64,000 nt of DNA, taken from positions 4,224,001 to 4,288,000 of the forward strand of contig OZ242260.1 in NCBI GenBank assembly GCA_965207065.1, in the 5' to 3' direction. Each line of letters begins with the position of its first letter. Position 1 is the first letter of the stretch. Below, piece by piece: positions 51,691 through 61,914 of this stretch. The DNA comes from a bacterium. Lineage in GTDB: Bacteria; UBA8248. The notes beneath the pieces were generated by a model. It made no database searches. It was not told where the DNA came from and saw nothing but the letters and a program-made list of their open reading frames with translations. A program made the position numbers and the translations under genes.

Positions 51691-52935
51691 TCAGGCGACG
51701 CCGCCGACCGTTACGCCGTTCGACACCGGACACTCCAGGTCGGGCCATATCTTCGTCATGAACGTTTCCAATTCGTAAATGACTTCTTCCTTGGGGCATT
51801 GCGCATAGTGCCAGATCAGGGTGATGAACTCAGAAGGCACTTTCTCGTACGTTTCCTCCCACTCGCGCTTGAGCTTGTCCACCGGACCACCCAGGAAGAT
51901 GCCGCTTTCCTTGATGTTCTGGATCCAGTCGATGCTCTCCGTATCGTCGGGGAATTGCGGGAAGAAGGGCACGTAGAAGTTCTGGTAGATGTCCTGATCG
52001 TATTTCCTGAGTTTCTCGTCGTACTCTTCTTCTGTGTCCGTCACATGAATCCACCGGCAAACGCATTGGCGCTCGCCATGCGCAAAGTTGTGGCCCGCTT
52101 TGGCCGCTTCTTCAACGTAGAGGTGGGAGAATTCTTCCATCTTTTCAAGCTTTGTGAAATAAACAGGCCGGAACCCGTGCTTCGCCGCGAATTTTATGGA
52201 ATCCGGGCTCGCGCTCACGGCCTGGAACATGGGCGGGTAAGGCTCCTGATAGGGCTTGGGAACAACGCTCACCCTCCGCACCCGATTGTCATCGCCGACT
52301 TCGCCGATTGCGCCGGCGTCCCGTGCGCTCTTCCAGGCCGGATAATCGATGCCATCCTCATACGGGTAAGGAATCTCGTAGTAATCGCCCTTCACTTCCA
52401 CCGAATCTTCCTGCCAGAATTTCAGGAGCATCTCGACGCGCTCTTCAAAAATGTCGCGGTTCTTCACGTCGTCGGCCCCGCCGAGGGCGTCGGAGACGGT
52501 GGCCCGGGTGTCGCTGAACTGCCCGAGCACGTTCGACCACCTGGACTGATACCCTCTTGCCAAACCACAGAAGAACTTCCCCTTGGTGATGTGGTCGAGT
52601 ATCGCCGTCTCCTCGGCCACGCGAATCGGATCTTGAGTCGCCATGACGTAACCCAGCGCGCCCACCCGCGCATTCTTGACATGATTGGCCCACCAAGCGT
52701 TGAGAACGCCCGGATTGGGACCAACCTCGTAACCCTCCGAATGCAGGTGGTGCTCGATGGTGCTGATACCCCAGACACCCATCTCATCGGCGGCCTTTAC
52801 GATATCGACCCATTCATGAAGCACGTGATGGTACAAATCCTTGTCCCTGGCCAAGGGCCGTTTCTGCTCGCGCTCCTCCCGGTTTTCCGTCGGCAGCATG
52901 GGATATAGCTGGATGATCACTTTGGGTTTCGCCAT
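51691..52935 (-). CDS. LLM-class (luciferase-like) flavin-dependent oxidoreductase
   Basis: EHH, PIRVAEE.A.LDH.T.G, PKPYQ.P.PP motifs. Confidence 0.9.
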   Translation of the reverse strand: MAKPKVIIQLYPMLPTENREEREQKRPLARDKDLYHHVLHEWVDIVKAADEMGVWGISTIEHHLHSEGYEVGPNPGVLNAWWANHVKNARVGALGYVMATQDPIRVAEETAILDHITKGKFFCGLARGYQSRWSNVLGQFSDTRATVSDALGGADDVKNRDIFEERVEMLLKFWQEDSVEVKGDYYEIPYPYEDGIDYPAWKSARDAGAIGEVGDDNRVRRVSVVPKPYQEPYPPMFQAVSASPDSIKFAAKHGFRPVYFTKLEKMEEFSHLYVEEAAKAGHNFAHGERQCVCRWIHVTDTEEEYDEKLRKYDQDIYQNFYVPFFPQFPDDTESIDWIQNIKESGIFLGGPVDKLKREWEETYEKVPSEFITLIWHYAQCPKEEVIYELETFMTKIWPDLECPVSNGVTVGGVA

Positions 52936-52968
52936 CGCCTTATTCTCCTTTTTCGACAGAGATATTCT

Positions 52969-53511
52969 TCATCCTCGGGCGCCGGAAGCCGGCGCCTGTT
53001 TTGATAAATTCATTTTATTCTTCACTTTATGGAGGAGCCTGGATAGTCTCTCTCTTTCATCGTCCTCCAAATCATTCATGAGGTCCGCTATGCGTGAGTA
53101 ATAGTCCGGGAAAATGGCGTGCAGGCTCTCTTTTCCCTTGGGCGTCAGGCGCACGATGACTTTCCTCCTGTCTCCTTCGTGGCTGAAGCGCTCAATGAGC
53201 CCGTCGCGCTGAAGTCCCTTCATCAACCCGGTCATCGTCGCGCGCGTCACGCCCGCCTGCCCGGCCAGTTCGGACGGGCTGAGGCCCGAACCATTGTTTC
53301 TCACTTGCGAACGCAGCAGCAGCAATAAAACGATGAATCTGCCCTGCGATACGCCGTGATTGGCCAGATACGTTTCAAAGGCGGTAAGCATATCGCTGCC
53401 TACCTGCAAGAAAAGATAAAAAAGCATGACGGAAGAAGTATCCAGAGAGGAATACTCCGGTACGAGTGGCCTGAAATCTTCCTCGTTGGGCAGTTCTTTC
53501 ATATAGAACAT
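52969..53511 (-). CDS. MarR family transcriptional regulator
   Basis: PSELA...VTRATMTG..L..GLI.R and DRR...V.LT..G motifs. Confidence 0.92.
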   Translation of the reverse strand: MFYMKELPNEEDFRPLVPEYSSLDTSSVMLFYLFLQVGSDMLTAFETYLANHGVSQGRFIVLLLLLRSQVRNNGSGLSPSELAGQAGVTRATMTGLMKGLQRDGLIERFSHEGDRRKVIVRLTPKGKESLHAIFPDYYSRIADLMNDLEDDERERLSRLLHKVKNKMNLSKQAPASGARG

Positions 53512-53546
53512 GGGTTTGCTCCGAGAATCAAATGCTATGGGGCCTA

Positions 53547-53575
53547 ATTATATGGAGCCTTACAACCCAAGTCAA
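53547..53575 (-). promoter_or_regulatory. Sigma70-type promoter of marR-LLM-cyclase
   Basis: Minus strand TTGACT-N17-TATAAT; -10 box flanked by two TATGGRGCCT repeats. Confidence 0.8.
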
Positions 53576-53790
53576 CCAGCTCTTTCTCACGGATGTTTCG
53601 AAAGCGCAAATAGTGGCGTCGCTGCAAGAAAACACATATTCGGGTCTTGAAACATTCATCAAATGGGATATATTAGCGTGAGTATGGTGATATCCTCGAA
53701 TTCAGAGGGTATGAATCCACAGAATCGTGAATATTCTTTGGCCGCTTCGCCTGATATACGAAATGATTGGGCATCCAGGAGGATTTTGAA

Positions 53791-54501
53791 ATGCGCTCTC
53801 AAGACTTCACTCGCTCGACCGGGCAACGCGTTATCGCCCAAGACGCCGCCGCATTCATGCAGCGCGTCTATGGATGGATGACGCTGGGGCTCTTCGTCAC
53901 GGGCTTCAGCGCCCTCTACGTCGCATCCAGCCCCGCCGCCATCCAGTTCATCTTTGGAAGCTCCATCTCGGTATTTCTGGTTATCGGCGTTCAACTCGCC
54001 CTGGTTTTCTCCATCAGGCCTGTGATGCGCAGCAAAGGCTGGCAAGCGGGCGCGATTCTGTTCCTGCTCTACAGCGCGACGCTGGGCGTCACCGTTTCCA
54101 CCCTGCTCCTGCGCTACACGTTCACCTCCGTGGCCCAGGCGTTTTTCGTCACCGGCGGCGCGTTCGGCGGACTGACCCTCTTCGCCTTCGTGACGAAAAA
54201 AGACCTGTCGGGTGTGGGCAACTTCTGTATGGTGGGACTCATCGGCATTATTCTGGCCAGCGTCGTCAACATTTTCGTGGGCAGTTCGGCCGTTCATTTC
54301 GCCATCAGCGTTCTGGGCGTTCTCATCTTTGCGGGTCTGACGGCCTATGATACCCAGAAGATGAAGGAATACGCCTACTCCCAGGACACGGACAACGAGA
54401 CGGGCAGGCGCGCCTCCATCATGGCGGCGCTCGAACTCTACCTCGATTTCATCATGATGTTCATTTACCTTACACAGCTACTGGGCGCCTCAAGAGATTG
54501 A
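53791..54501 (+). CDS. Bax inhibitor-1/YccA family membrane protein
   Basis: Seven TM segments; TAYDTQK and ALELYLDFI motifs; AGGAGG upstream. Confidence 0.92.
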   Translation: MRSQDFTRSTGQRVIAQDAAAFMQRVYGWMTLGLFVTGFSALYVASSPAAIQFIFGSSISVFLVIGVQLALVFSIRPVMRSKGWQAGAILFLLYSATLGVTVSTLLLRYTFTSVAQAFFVTGGAFGGLTLFAFVTKKDLSGVGNFCMVGLIGIILASVVNIFVGSSAVHFAISVLGVLIFAGLTAYDTQKMKEYAYSQDTDNETGRRASIMAALELYLDFIMMFIYLTQLLGASRD

Positions 54502-54520
54502 AAAAGCAGCTTCCGTCAAC

Positions 54521-54550
54521 AAGCCGGGGCTTCGGCCCCGGCTTCTCTTT
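54521..54550. terminator. Intrinsic terminator after the YccA-like gene
   Basis: AAGCCGGGGC-TTCG-GCCCCGGCTT followed by pyrimidine run. Confidence 0.8.
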
Positions 54551-54646
54551 ACTATCGTTTATCCCTTCCAATTTCCTGACAATAAGTGTTAAAATTAGAA
54601 TGTTGAAACATGAAACAACAATTATCGCCCTGGTAGGAGAATAGTT

Positions 54647-56644
54647 TTGGGCCTTCGTATCTCCATAGGGGCGATTATCGCCGTCCTCCTTGGCGGTGGT
54701 GGATACTTCGCCCAGCAATCCCAATCGACAAAAAGTCTGCTCCAACAACGAGAGGCTGAACTCCTAAAAGAAAAAGAGAGTTCCGCCAAGCTCAAAAGCG
54801 ACATCCTCCGCTTCAAAAACCTAGATCAAAAGATGAAGGGTCTGGAGTCACAACTCGCAGACGTGAGCACTTCCGCCAAGACGCGGATGGAAGAGTTGAG
54901 CAAACTCGTCACCGAGAAAAACGCCGCAATCTTGCAGGAGAAAGCCAAACTTCTGAGCCTCGCGACCGCTCTCGAAGAAAACCAGGCTACCCTCGACAAT
55001 GAGCGCAAGGCGCGCGCCGAGGCGACGAGCCGACTCATCGCGGAGAAAAACGCAGCCACCAAGCAGGAAAAAGCAAAAATCCGAAACCTCGAAACCACAC
55101 TCGACATCCTCAACAGCACGCTCAATAACGAGCGTAAGATTCGAACCGAAGAAGCGAACCGACTCATCGCAGAGAAAAGCGCCGGCATCAAGCAGGAAAA
55201 AGCAAGAATCCGAAACCTCGCGGCCACGCTCGACATCCTCAACGGCTCGCTCGAAAATGAGCGCAAGGCCCGCGCCGAGGCGGAAAAGGCGAACACACAA
55301 AACAGCGAACTGGCGGCCAACCAGGCCGAAGAGATAAAGCGTCTCGAAACTCAGGCCAAAGAGACGAGCCGACTCATCGAGGAGAGAAACGCCAGGCTCG
55401 AACAGGAAAAAACGAAAGCCCGAAAATTCGAAATCGCTCTCAAACAACTCCAGGCGAACCTCAAGAGCGACCGCAAAACACAGGCGTTGGTCGACAAATT
55501 GAGCCGACAAAGCATCGAGTTCGCAGCCGTCCGGGCCAGAGAGATTAAACGCCTTGAAAGAGTCCGGGGAATTCTTGAAGCCCAGGTCCTGAGAATGGAC
55601 AAGCTCATCGCTTCCGAACAGAAAGAAGCGAAAAAAAATGACATCACCGCTAAAACCAAACCAGCAGCAACAACAGCAAAGGTGAAAGCGTTAAATGGCG
55701 AACTCGCGAGAAAACGAGCCGAGGAAATCGCCCGCCTCGATAAAACCAGAACGCTCCTCAAGACCCAGGTTCAGGAAATGGGGCGGCTGATTGCGGAGAA
55801 AAACGCCGGCATCGCGCGTGAAAAAACAAAAGCGCAAAGCCTTGAACTCGCGCTCAACCAAATCCGCACAAGCCTCGACAACGAGCGCCAGACGCGGGTG
55901 AAGTCGGAAAAAGCGAATGCGCGAAACGCAGAACTCGCGAGAATAAGAGCCGAAGAGATAGGGCGCCTCACGAAAGCCAGGGAGCTTCAAAAGGCGCAGA
56001 TACAGGAAATGAGCCAACTCATCGGCGAGAAAACCTCCGTGGCCGATCTCATCAAGAACAAGCTGGATCAGACGAACCTGAGCCTGGCGGAAACGATCAA
56101 AAAACACACGCTTGCGATCGCGCGCTCGAAAGTCCTGGAGAAAAGAGCGAGCGAAGAGGCCGAACGGGCGAAAAGGCTGGAAGCAGACCTGAACGAGTTG
56201 GACGCCAAACTGAAAAAACAGACCGTCAATCTGGAGCAGACGAGAGACCAACTCCGCGTCACCTTCGTAAACAGTCTTTTGTTTGATTCGGGAAGCGCCA
56301 CACTCAAGGGAAAAGGTATTGAGGCGCTCTCGACAGTTGCGGATTTTCTGCAGAAACAAAAAGACAAGATGATCCGAATAGAAGGGCATACGGACAATAA
56401 ACCCATCAAAGGCAATCTACTCGATCGCTATCCCTCGAACTGGGAACTCTCGTTCGCGCGTTCCATTGCCATCGTGAAATTTCTGGAATCGAAAAACATA
56501 TCGCCCGCGCGCATGTCGGCGACCGGCCTTTCGTTTTACCGTCCCGTAGCGAGCAACGACACGGATGAAGGCCGCGCCAGGAACCGGCGAACTGTCATCC
56601 TGCTAGACAGCCCACGTCCGACGGTGGAAAGGGCAGTTCGCTAG
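54647..56644 (+). CDS. Membrane-anchored long coiled-coil protein with C-terminal OmpA/MotB-like peptidoglycan-binding domain
   Basis: N-terminal TM, about 500 aa coiled coil with 43-aa repeats; LFDSGSA, IEGHTD, NWELS..R and NRR motifs. Confidence 0.85.
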   Translation: MGLRISIGAIIAVLLGGGGYFAQQSQSTKSLLQQREAELLKEKESSAKLKSDILRFKNLDQKMKGLESQLADVSTSAKTRMEELSKLVTEKNAAILQEKAKLLSLATALEENQATLDNERKARAEATSRLIAEKNAATKQEKAKIRNLETTLDILNSTLNNERKIRTEEANRLIAEKSAGIKQEKARIRNLAATLDILNGSLENERKARAEAEKANTQNSELAANQAEEIKRLETQAKETSRLIEERNARLEQEKTKARKFEIALKQLQANLKSDRKTQALVDKLSRQSIEFAAVRAREIKRLERVRGILEAQVLRMDKLIASEQKEAKKNDITAKTKPAATTAKVKALNGELARKRAEEIARLDKTRTLLKTQVQEMGRLIAEKNAGIAREKTKAQSLELALNQIRTSLDNERQTRVKSEKANARNAELARIRAEEIGRLTKARELQKAQIQEMSQLIGEKTSVADLIKNKLDQTNLSLAETIKKHTLAIARSKVLEKRASEEAERAKRLEADLNELDAKLKKQTVNLEQTRDQLRVTFVNSLLFDSGSATLKGKGIEALSTVADFLQKQKDKMIRIEGHTDNKPIKGNLLDRYPSNWELSFARSIAIVKFLESKNISPARMSATGLSFYRPVASNDTDEGRARNRRTVILLDSPRPTVERAVR

Positions 56645-56663
56645 CATTTTCGGGAATAGCAGG

Positions 56664-57917
56664 CTAAATCTTCAGGACCGCCTTAAGTTCGGAGCCGAGT
56701 TCCCGCTCCGCGATCACGGCGGCGGTGAGTCCCTCTTCCAGAAAAACCTCATTGGCTACGCGCTGAATATCTTCCTCATTCACGGAGTCGATATCCGCCA
56801 GTTCTTCCTCCACGGGGTAAATGCTGCCCCGTAGCATGAGGTTCGAACCGTTCCGGCCCGCATGGTATTGCGAACTCTCGTGTATCTGGAGATTTCCCTT
56901 GATGTGGCGCTTCGCTTCCGCGAGTTCCTGCTCCGCAACGGGTTCGCTCTTGAATTTGCCCGTTTCGGAGAGCATCACCTCGGTCGCCTCCACCGCCTTC
57001 TCAAGAGCCACGCCCGCTTTCAGCTCAACCATACCCGCATCGGTGTAACGGTGCGGTGCTGCGCCCACGCTGTAGGCGAGCCCCCGCTTTTCGCGCACTT
57101 CGGTGAACAACCGGCTGCTCATCTTCCCGCCCAGTATGTTGCACATCACGCGGAGGGGGGCGGCGTCTTCGTGATTCAGGCCGAAAGCGCGAAACCCCAT
57201 CGCGAGGTTCACCTGATCCGTCTGGCGGGCCTGATCCACGATTTTGGCTTTGCTCTCTTCCGGCAAACCGGGAGATTGGGGCTTCTCCTCGCTGCCGGCT
57301 CGTTCCCCGAAGTGTCGTTCGGACAACTCCAGTACATCTTCGTGTTTCACGCCGCCCGCCACGGAGATGACCGTGTTGCCGGGGGTGTACCATTTCTCTA
57401 TCAACTCGCGCATATGCTCGGGTTCGATCGCGTTGATGGTATCGCGGTTGCCGATCACGCCCATCTGCAGGTTGTAGACGTTGGTCTCCAGCATATCCGA
57501 CACCCAGATACGCGGCATGTCCTCATACATCTTCAACTCTTCGAGGATGACCATCCGCTCCCGGTCCCACTCTTCCTTGTCCAGCAGGCAGTTGTTCACC
57601 GCATCCGCATAGACTTCCAGCACGGTGGCGAATGCATCGGCCGGCGCCGTGAAGTGATAGCAAGTGCGCTCGGGCGCGGTGTTGGCGTTGATGGACGCGC
57701 CGTTTCCTTCCATCTCGCGCGCGATGTCGAGCGTCGTTCTCGTAGGCGTGCCCTTGAAGACCATATGCTCCAGCGCATGGGAGACGCCCACCACCTCGTC
57801 GCGCTCATGCCGGCCGCCGCAGCCAAAATAGATATGGAACGCCACGGCCGCCGATTCCGCCCGTTCGGCCGTCACCAGACGTATCCCGTTGGAAAGTTTG
57901 TCCTCGACGATCTTCAT
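56664..57917 (-). CDS. M16 (pitrilysin) family zinc peptidase
   Basis: HALEH inverted zinc motif; SRLF.EVREKRGLAY. Confidence 0.93.
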   Translation of the reverse strand: MKIVEDKLSNGIRLVTAERAESAAVAFHIYFGCGGRHERDEVVGVSHALEHMVFKGTPTRTTLDIAREMEGNGASINANTAPERTCYHFTAPADAFATVLEVYADAVNNCLLDKEEWDRERMVILEELKMYEDMPRIWVSDMLETNVYNLQMGVIGNRDTINAIEPEHMRELIEKWYTPGNTVISVAGGVKHEDVLELSERHFGERAGSEEKPQSPGLPEESKAKIVDQARQTDQVNLAMGFRAFGLNHEDAAPLRVMCNILGGKMSSRLFTEVREKRGLAYSVGAAPHRYTDAGMVELKAGVALEKAVEATEVMLSETGKFKSEPVAEQELAEAKRHIKGNLQIHESSQYHAGRNGSNLMLRGSIYPVEEELADIDSVNEEDIQRVANEVFLEEGLTAAVIAERELGSELKAVLKI

Positions 57918-57970
57918 GAGGTCTCCTGAACGGGAAAAAGAGCAAGCTTTTCCCGATTGATTTTTTTTAT

Positions 57971-58057
57971 TGGTGCCGGAGAGAGGACTTGAACCTCCAC
58001 GGGCCGAAGCCCACTAGAACCTGAATCTAGCGCGTCTACCAGTTCCGCCACTCCGGC
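57971..58057 (-). tRNA. tRNA-Leu (anticodon CAG)
   Basis: 87-nt cloverleaf GCCGGAG...CTCCGGCACCA; anticodon arm CTAGA-TTCAGGT-TCTAG, long variable arm, encoded CCA. Confidence 0.97.
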
Positions 58058-58077
58058 GAGAAGAATGGTAGTCACTT

Positions 58078-58106
58078 CCTATATCGGGGGGCGAATGCGT
58101 TGTCAA
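58078..58106 (-). promoter_or_regulatory. Sigma70-type promoter of tRNA-Leu
   Basis: Minus strand TTGACA-N17-TATAGG. Confidence 0.65.
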
Positions 58107-58203
58107 GGATTCGAGTCGATGAATAAAACTATCTCGTCATTTGATATAGTCGGAAGAAGGTAAGACGACCTCGAAAACAGGTTCCGGCAAAGAGTGGAAA
58201 GAT

Positions 58204-58449
58204 ATGCGCAAAATAACGTTTTATACGCGAAACGAGTGTCATCTATGCCACGAGGCGAAAGCGGCGATAATGCGGCACTTCCCGAACCTCGCGATTGAAG
58301 AGGTCGACGTGGATACGGATCCCGAACTAACCCGCCTCCACGGCGAGGAAGTGCCGGTCGGCTATCTGGGGGAAACCAAGGTTTTCAAGTATCACCTGGA
58401 CGTCAAGCGGTTGCGCCGCCTGCTCGATGAGACAGAACCGCAGGCATGA
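58204..58449 (+). CDS. Glutaredoxin-like protein (DUF836 type)
   Basis: YTR..CHLC and VPV motifs. Confidence 0.85.
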   Translation: MRKITFYTRNECHLCHEAKAAIMRHFPNLAIEEVDVDTDPELTRLHGEEVPVGYLGETKVFKYHLDVKRLRRLLDETEPQA

Positions 58450-59072
58450 GCCTGCTCGCCTTTTACGGATTCATCACCGTCATCTCCCTGAGCGGCGTCA
58501 TGTCGCCGGGACCTCTGACGGCGTTCCTCATTTCGCGCGGCAGGCAAAGCCCCTGGGCCGGAATCTGGGTGACTTTCGGACACGCACTCGCTGAGGTTCC
58601 GCTCATCATCGCCTTGTACGCGGGGCTTCAGCCTTTTTTTGAAATTCAGGGGATACGCGAGGGCGTCTCCCTCCTGGGCGGGGGCGTTCTCATCTACCTG
58701 GGAAGCGGCGTGTTCCGGAGTTTCCGGTCCACCGCGCCCGAAGAAAAGAGCATCTTAGAGTGCAACTCCCTCACCGGCGGCGTCCTGCTTACGGTTCTGA
58801 ATCCCTACTGGGTTTTGTGGTGGCTCACCATCGGCGCGAGCCTCATCGCGCGAACGAGCGAATTCGGGTGGCTGGCCGGTCTCGTGGGCATGACGGTCGT
58901 TCACCTGCTGGCGGATGGGATATGGGCCGTATTCATCACGTGGTCATCGAACCAGGGAAGCCGCATGATCGGCGAAACCGGGTGGATGAGAATCGAACAA
59001 GGCTGCGCGTGGGTGATGCTGGGCTTCGGGGTATTTTTCGTTTACGACGGGCTGACGGGGATTCTGGCCTAA
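58446..59072 (+). CDS. LysE family translocator
   Basis: SPGP, GH...E and LNPY...WW motifs. Confidence 0.88.
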   Translation: MSLLAFYGFITVISLSGVMSPGPLTAFLISRGRQSPWAGIWVTFGHALAEVPLIIALYAGLQPFFEIQGIREGVSLLGGGVLIYLGSGVFRSFRSTAPEEKSILECNSLTGGVLLTVLNPYWVLWWLTIGASLIARTSEFGWLAGLVGMTVVHLLADGIWAVFITWSSNQGSRMIGETGWMRIEQGCAWVMLGFGVFFVYDGLTGILA

Positions 59073-60001
59073 ACGCTCAACTTTTTCCGCCCGTTTTCGA
59101 TATCCAGGTGAATTTGCCGAACGAGTTCTTCGGGGCCCGAGAATTTCTTCTCCTCGCGCAGGCGGGAGACGAACTCCACCCGAATGGATTTTCCATACAA
59201 ATCGCCATCCCAATCCAGCAGGTGGGTTTCGAGAGTCACCTCTTTTTTATCGAACGTGGGGCGTTTTCCGATATTCGTTACGGCGGGATACCGCGGGCCT
59301 TCCCTTCCATCGATTTGCACCTGGCAGGCGTACACCCCGTTTTCGGGAATCAGAATGGGCGGATAATCCACGTTGGCCGTCGGTATTCCGATTTGACGGC
59401 CCCGCCCGTCGCCACGAACCACCTTTCCTTCTATCAGATGGTGCTGCCCGAGCCGGCGCGCCGCTTCGTCCACCTCCCCGCCCAGAAGCAGTTTTCGTAT
59501 TTCCGTGCTGCTGACCCGCCTTCCCTCGTACATGTAAGGCTCCAGCACGTGCGTTTCGAACCCGGCGCCGGCCCCTACTTCCTGCAACAGTTCGACGTTT
59601 CCCGCGCGGCCTTTTCCGAATCGGAAATTGAAGCCAACCGCTACCAGCGAGGCTTTGAGTCCATCGCCGATTATCCGCCGAACGAAATCCCGCGCCTCAG
59701 TTTGCGCGAGATCAGGCGTGAACTTCTCGACCACCACGGCGTCGACGTTCTGATCTTCCAGACGGGACAACTTTTCTTCAATGGTCGTCATCAGGGGCGG
59801 GCGTCTTTCGGGGGCGACCACGGACAGGGGGTGCGGCTCGAACGTAAATATGACGCTCCGGCCGCCGCGCCGTGAGGCCTCCTGATTGATGAATCGGCAA
59901 ATCTCCCTGTGGGCGAGATGAACGCCGTCGAAATTCCCGATGCTCAACACCGAGGGAGAATCCTCAGGATCAAAAGCGTCCACTCCCTCAAACACTTCCA
60001 C
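59069..60001 (-). CDS. ribF: Bifunctional riboflavin kinase / FAD synthetase
   Basis: GNFDGVH, TFEPHP, SSTEIR, G.PTAN and LETHL motifs. Confidence 0.96.
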   Translation of the reverse strand: MEVFEGVDAFDPEDSPSVLSIGNFDGVHLAHREICRFINQEASRRGGRSVIFTFEPHPLSVVAPERRPPLMTTIEEKLSRLEDQNVDAVVVEKFTPDLAQTEARDFVRRIIGDGLKASLVAVGFNFRFGKGRAGNVELLQEVGAGAGFETHVLEPYMYEGRRVSSTEIRKLLLGGEVDEAARRLGQHHLIEGKVVRGDGRGRQIGIPTANVDYPPILIPENGVYACQVQIDGREGPRYPAVTNIGKRPTFDKKEVTLETHLLDWDGDLYGKSIRVEFVSRLREEKKFSGPEELVRQIHLDIENGRKKLSV

Positions 60002-60300
60002 CGCTCGCTCACCTCAAAAGAATCGCGCATTGCGCGAAGTAAACCAGAACCGAAGGTTTCTCCCGAAAAGCTTTCTAACAGAGCGCCACGCATTTGCGCA
60101 AGAAAAGATGGAGCAGCGTCCTATCTGCCTAATTTACAAAGAGTAATCGCCGTGGAAGCAAAAACGTATTTCCATTTTCACCCCGATGCGAGTAATATGC
60201 CCCCTTGTTACCGGAAGCCCGGTCTTGGAGATTGGAATGTAAAATCATGGTAAAATCAATTCGCGATTCAAGCCGCCAGTGACGTGGAGCAAGATTGTTC

Positions 60301-61914
60301 ATGAGACCGCCCAAATCGTTTTCTCTGTGTTTCGGTGTGCTGTTCATATTCCTATCTCCTCTCTTCCTCACCCACACCGCCTCGGCTGCGGAAACCGACA
60401 CCTCCGCGGAAACTTCTTTTGATCGCCCGCGCAGCAACGTGCCGCCGCCGGCCATCAAGGGGCCTCGCCTTGCGCTTTCCATACGAGAAGCCGTAAGTAT
60501 CGCCCTGGCGCGCAATTTCGACATCACCATCGCCGGTTTCGACCCCGACATCGCGGAAAGCAACGTCGTCGGGGAACGCTCCGCCTTCGACCCGCAGGCC
60601 TTCGTGGACACGAGTATCAGCAAATCCAAGCTCGGTTCTGCGAACAACGCATTCAACGCGGCCGGGGGCATACGCGATACCGATTCCCTGGGTATCGCGG
60701 CCGGCATCCGCCAACGAATCATCACGGGAGCGGAGTATTCACTCATCCTGCGAAACATCCGGGAATCGACGAACTCTACGCAAAACGCATTCGACCCGAC
60801 CTATCAAACCAGCCTCACTTTCACCATAGAGCAGCCCTTGTTCAAAAATTTCGGCATCGACATCAACCAGGCCAGAATCAAGGTGGCCATGGCCGCGAAG
60901 GAACAAACGCTTCACGCTTACAGAAGCAAGGTCATCCAGACGGTGGACGCGGTGGAGCAAGCCTATTGGGACCTCGTTTTCTATATCCAGAATCGCAAGT
61001 TCAGGCGACAGTCTCTCGTTCTCGCGAAGGACCTGTTGCGCCGGAACAAGATTCAGGTCGAGGTCGGCACCCTCGCCCCGATCGAGATAACGGAGGCGGA
61101 AGCCACCGTCGCCTCCCGTGAAGAAGCCCTTCTCGTGGCGGAGCGCGAAGTCAAAGATCGCGAAGACACTTTGAAAATGCTGCTGAACGTCGCGGACAAA
61201 CCCTCCGCCTGGGGCATCAATATCCAGCCCAGCGATAAACCGGAGTTCAAGGCGGTACAGGTGGACGAGATGCAACTTATGCTCAAAGCCTTGCGCAAGC
61301 ATGCGGCGCTGGAGAGCGCCCGCATCGAAATCGATAAAAGAAAAATCGACATGAAAGTAGCGAAACAAAACCTGCTTCCCGAATTCAACCTGAACGCATC
61401 GGCTTCCAACAACTCACTGGCGGACACTGAAGGGAAGGCTTTTGAGCAGCAATTCAAAAACGAGAGATACTCCTTCTCCGGCGGGGTCTCGTTCCGCATC
61501 CCCATCGGAAACCGGCGAGCGGAGGCGGACTACCGCCAGACGCGACTCCGGCACGCCCAAACGATAGCTTCCTATCATCAAACGCAGCAGACCATCATGG
61601 AAGAAGTACGCCGCAACGCGCGCAGTGTCCGCGTAAACATCAAGCGAGTCGAGGCGACTCGCGTCGCCAGAAGGCTGGCGGAAGAACGCCTCGACGCCCA
61701 GGAGAAAAAATTCAAGGTCGGGCTCTCGACGAGCAGAGACATTCTCGAAGACCAGGATAGGCTGGCCAACTCCCTGACGCAGGAAACCCGGGCGCTCATC
61801 GACTATCACAAATCTCTCGCCTCATTGGATAGGGCGTCCCATTCCACACTCGATCGGTTCCAGATCGAAATGTTCTATCCCGGCGAGGTCAAGGTGAAAA
61901 CAACCACAAAATGA
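60301..61914 (+). CDS. TolC family outer membrane protein
   Basis: Signal peptide, duplicated OEP helical/beta pattern (AYWDL, LLPEFNL). Confidence 0.85.
   Translation: MRPPKSFSLCFGVLFIFLSPLFLTHTASAAETDTSAETSFDRPRSNVPPPAIKGPRLALSIREAVSIALARNFDITIAGFDPDIAESNVVGERSAFDPQAFVDTSISKSKLGSANNAFNAAGGIRDTDSLGIAAGIRQRIITGAEYSLILRNIRESTNSTQNAFDPTYQTSLTFTIEQPLFKNFGIDINQARIKVAMAAKEQTLHAYRSKVIQTVDAVEQAYWDLVFYIQNRKFRRQSLVLAKDLLRRNKIQVEVGTLAPIEITEAEATVASREEALLVAEREVKDREDTLKMLLNVADKPSAWGINIQPSDKPEFKAVQVDEMQLMLKALRKHAALESARIEIDKRKIDMKVAKQNLLPEFNLNASASNNSLADTEGKAFEQQFKNERYSFSGGVSFRIPIGNRRAEADYRQTRLRHAQTIASYHQTQQTIMEEVRRNARSVRVNIKRVEATRVARRLAEERLDAQEKKFKVGLSTSRDILEDQDRLANSLTQETRALIDYHKSLASLDRASHSTLDRFQIEMFYPGEVKVKTTTK

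Noticed and set aside
57931-58057. tRNA-Leu as an island attachment site
   Set aside because: No integrase and no duplicated tRNA 3' end seen in the window
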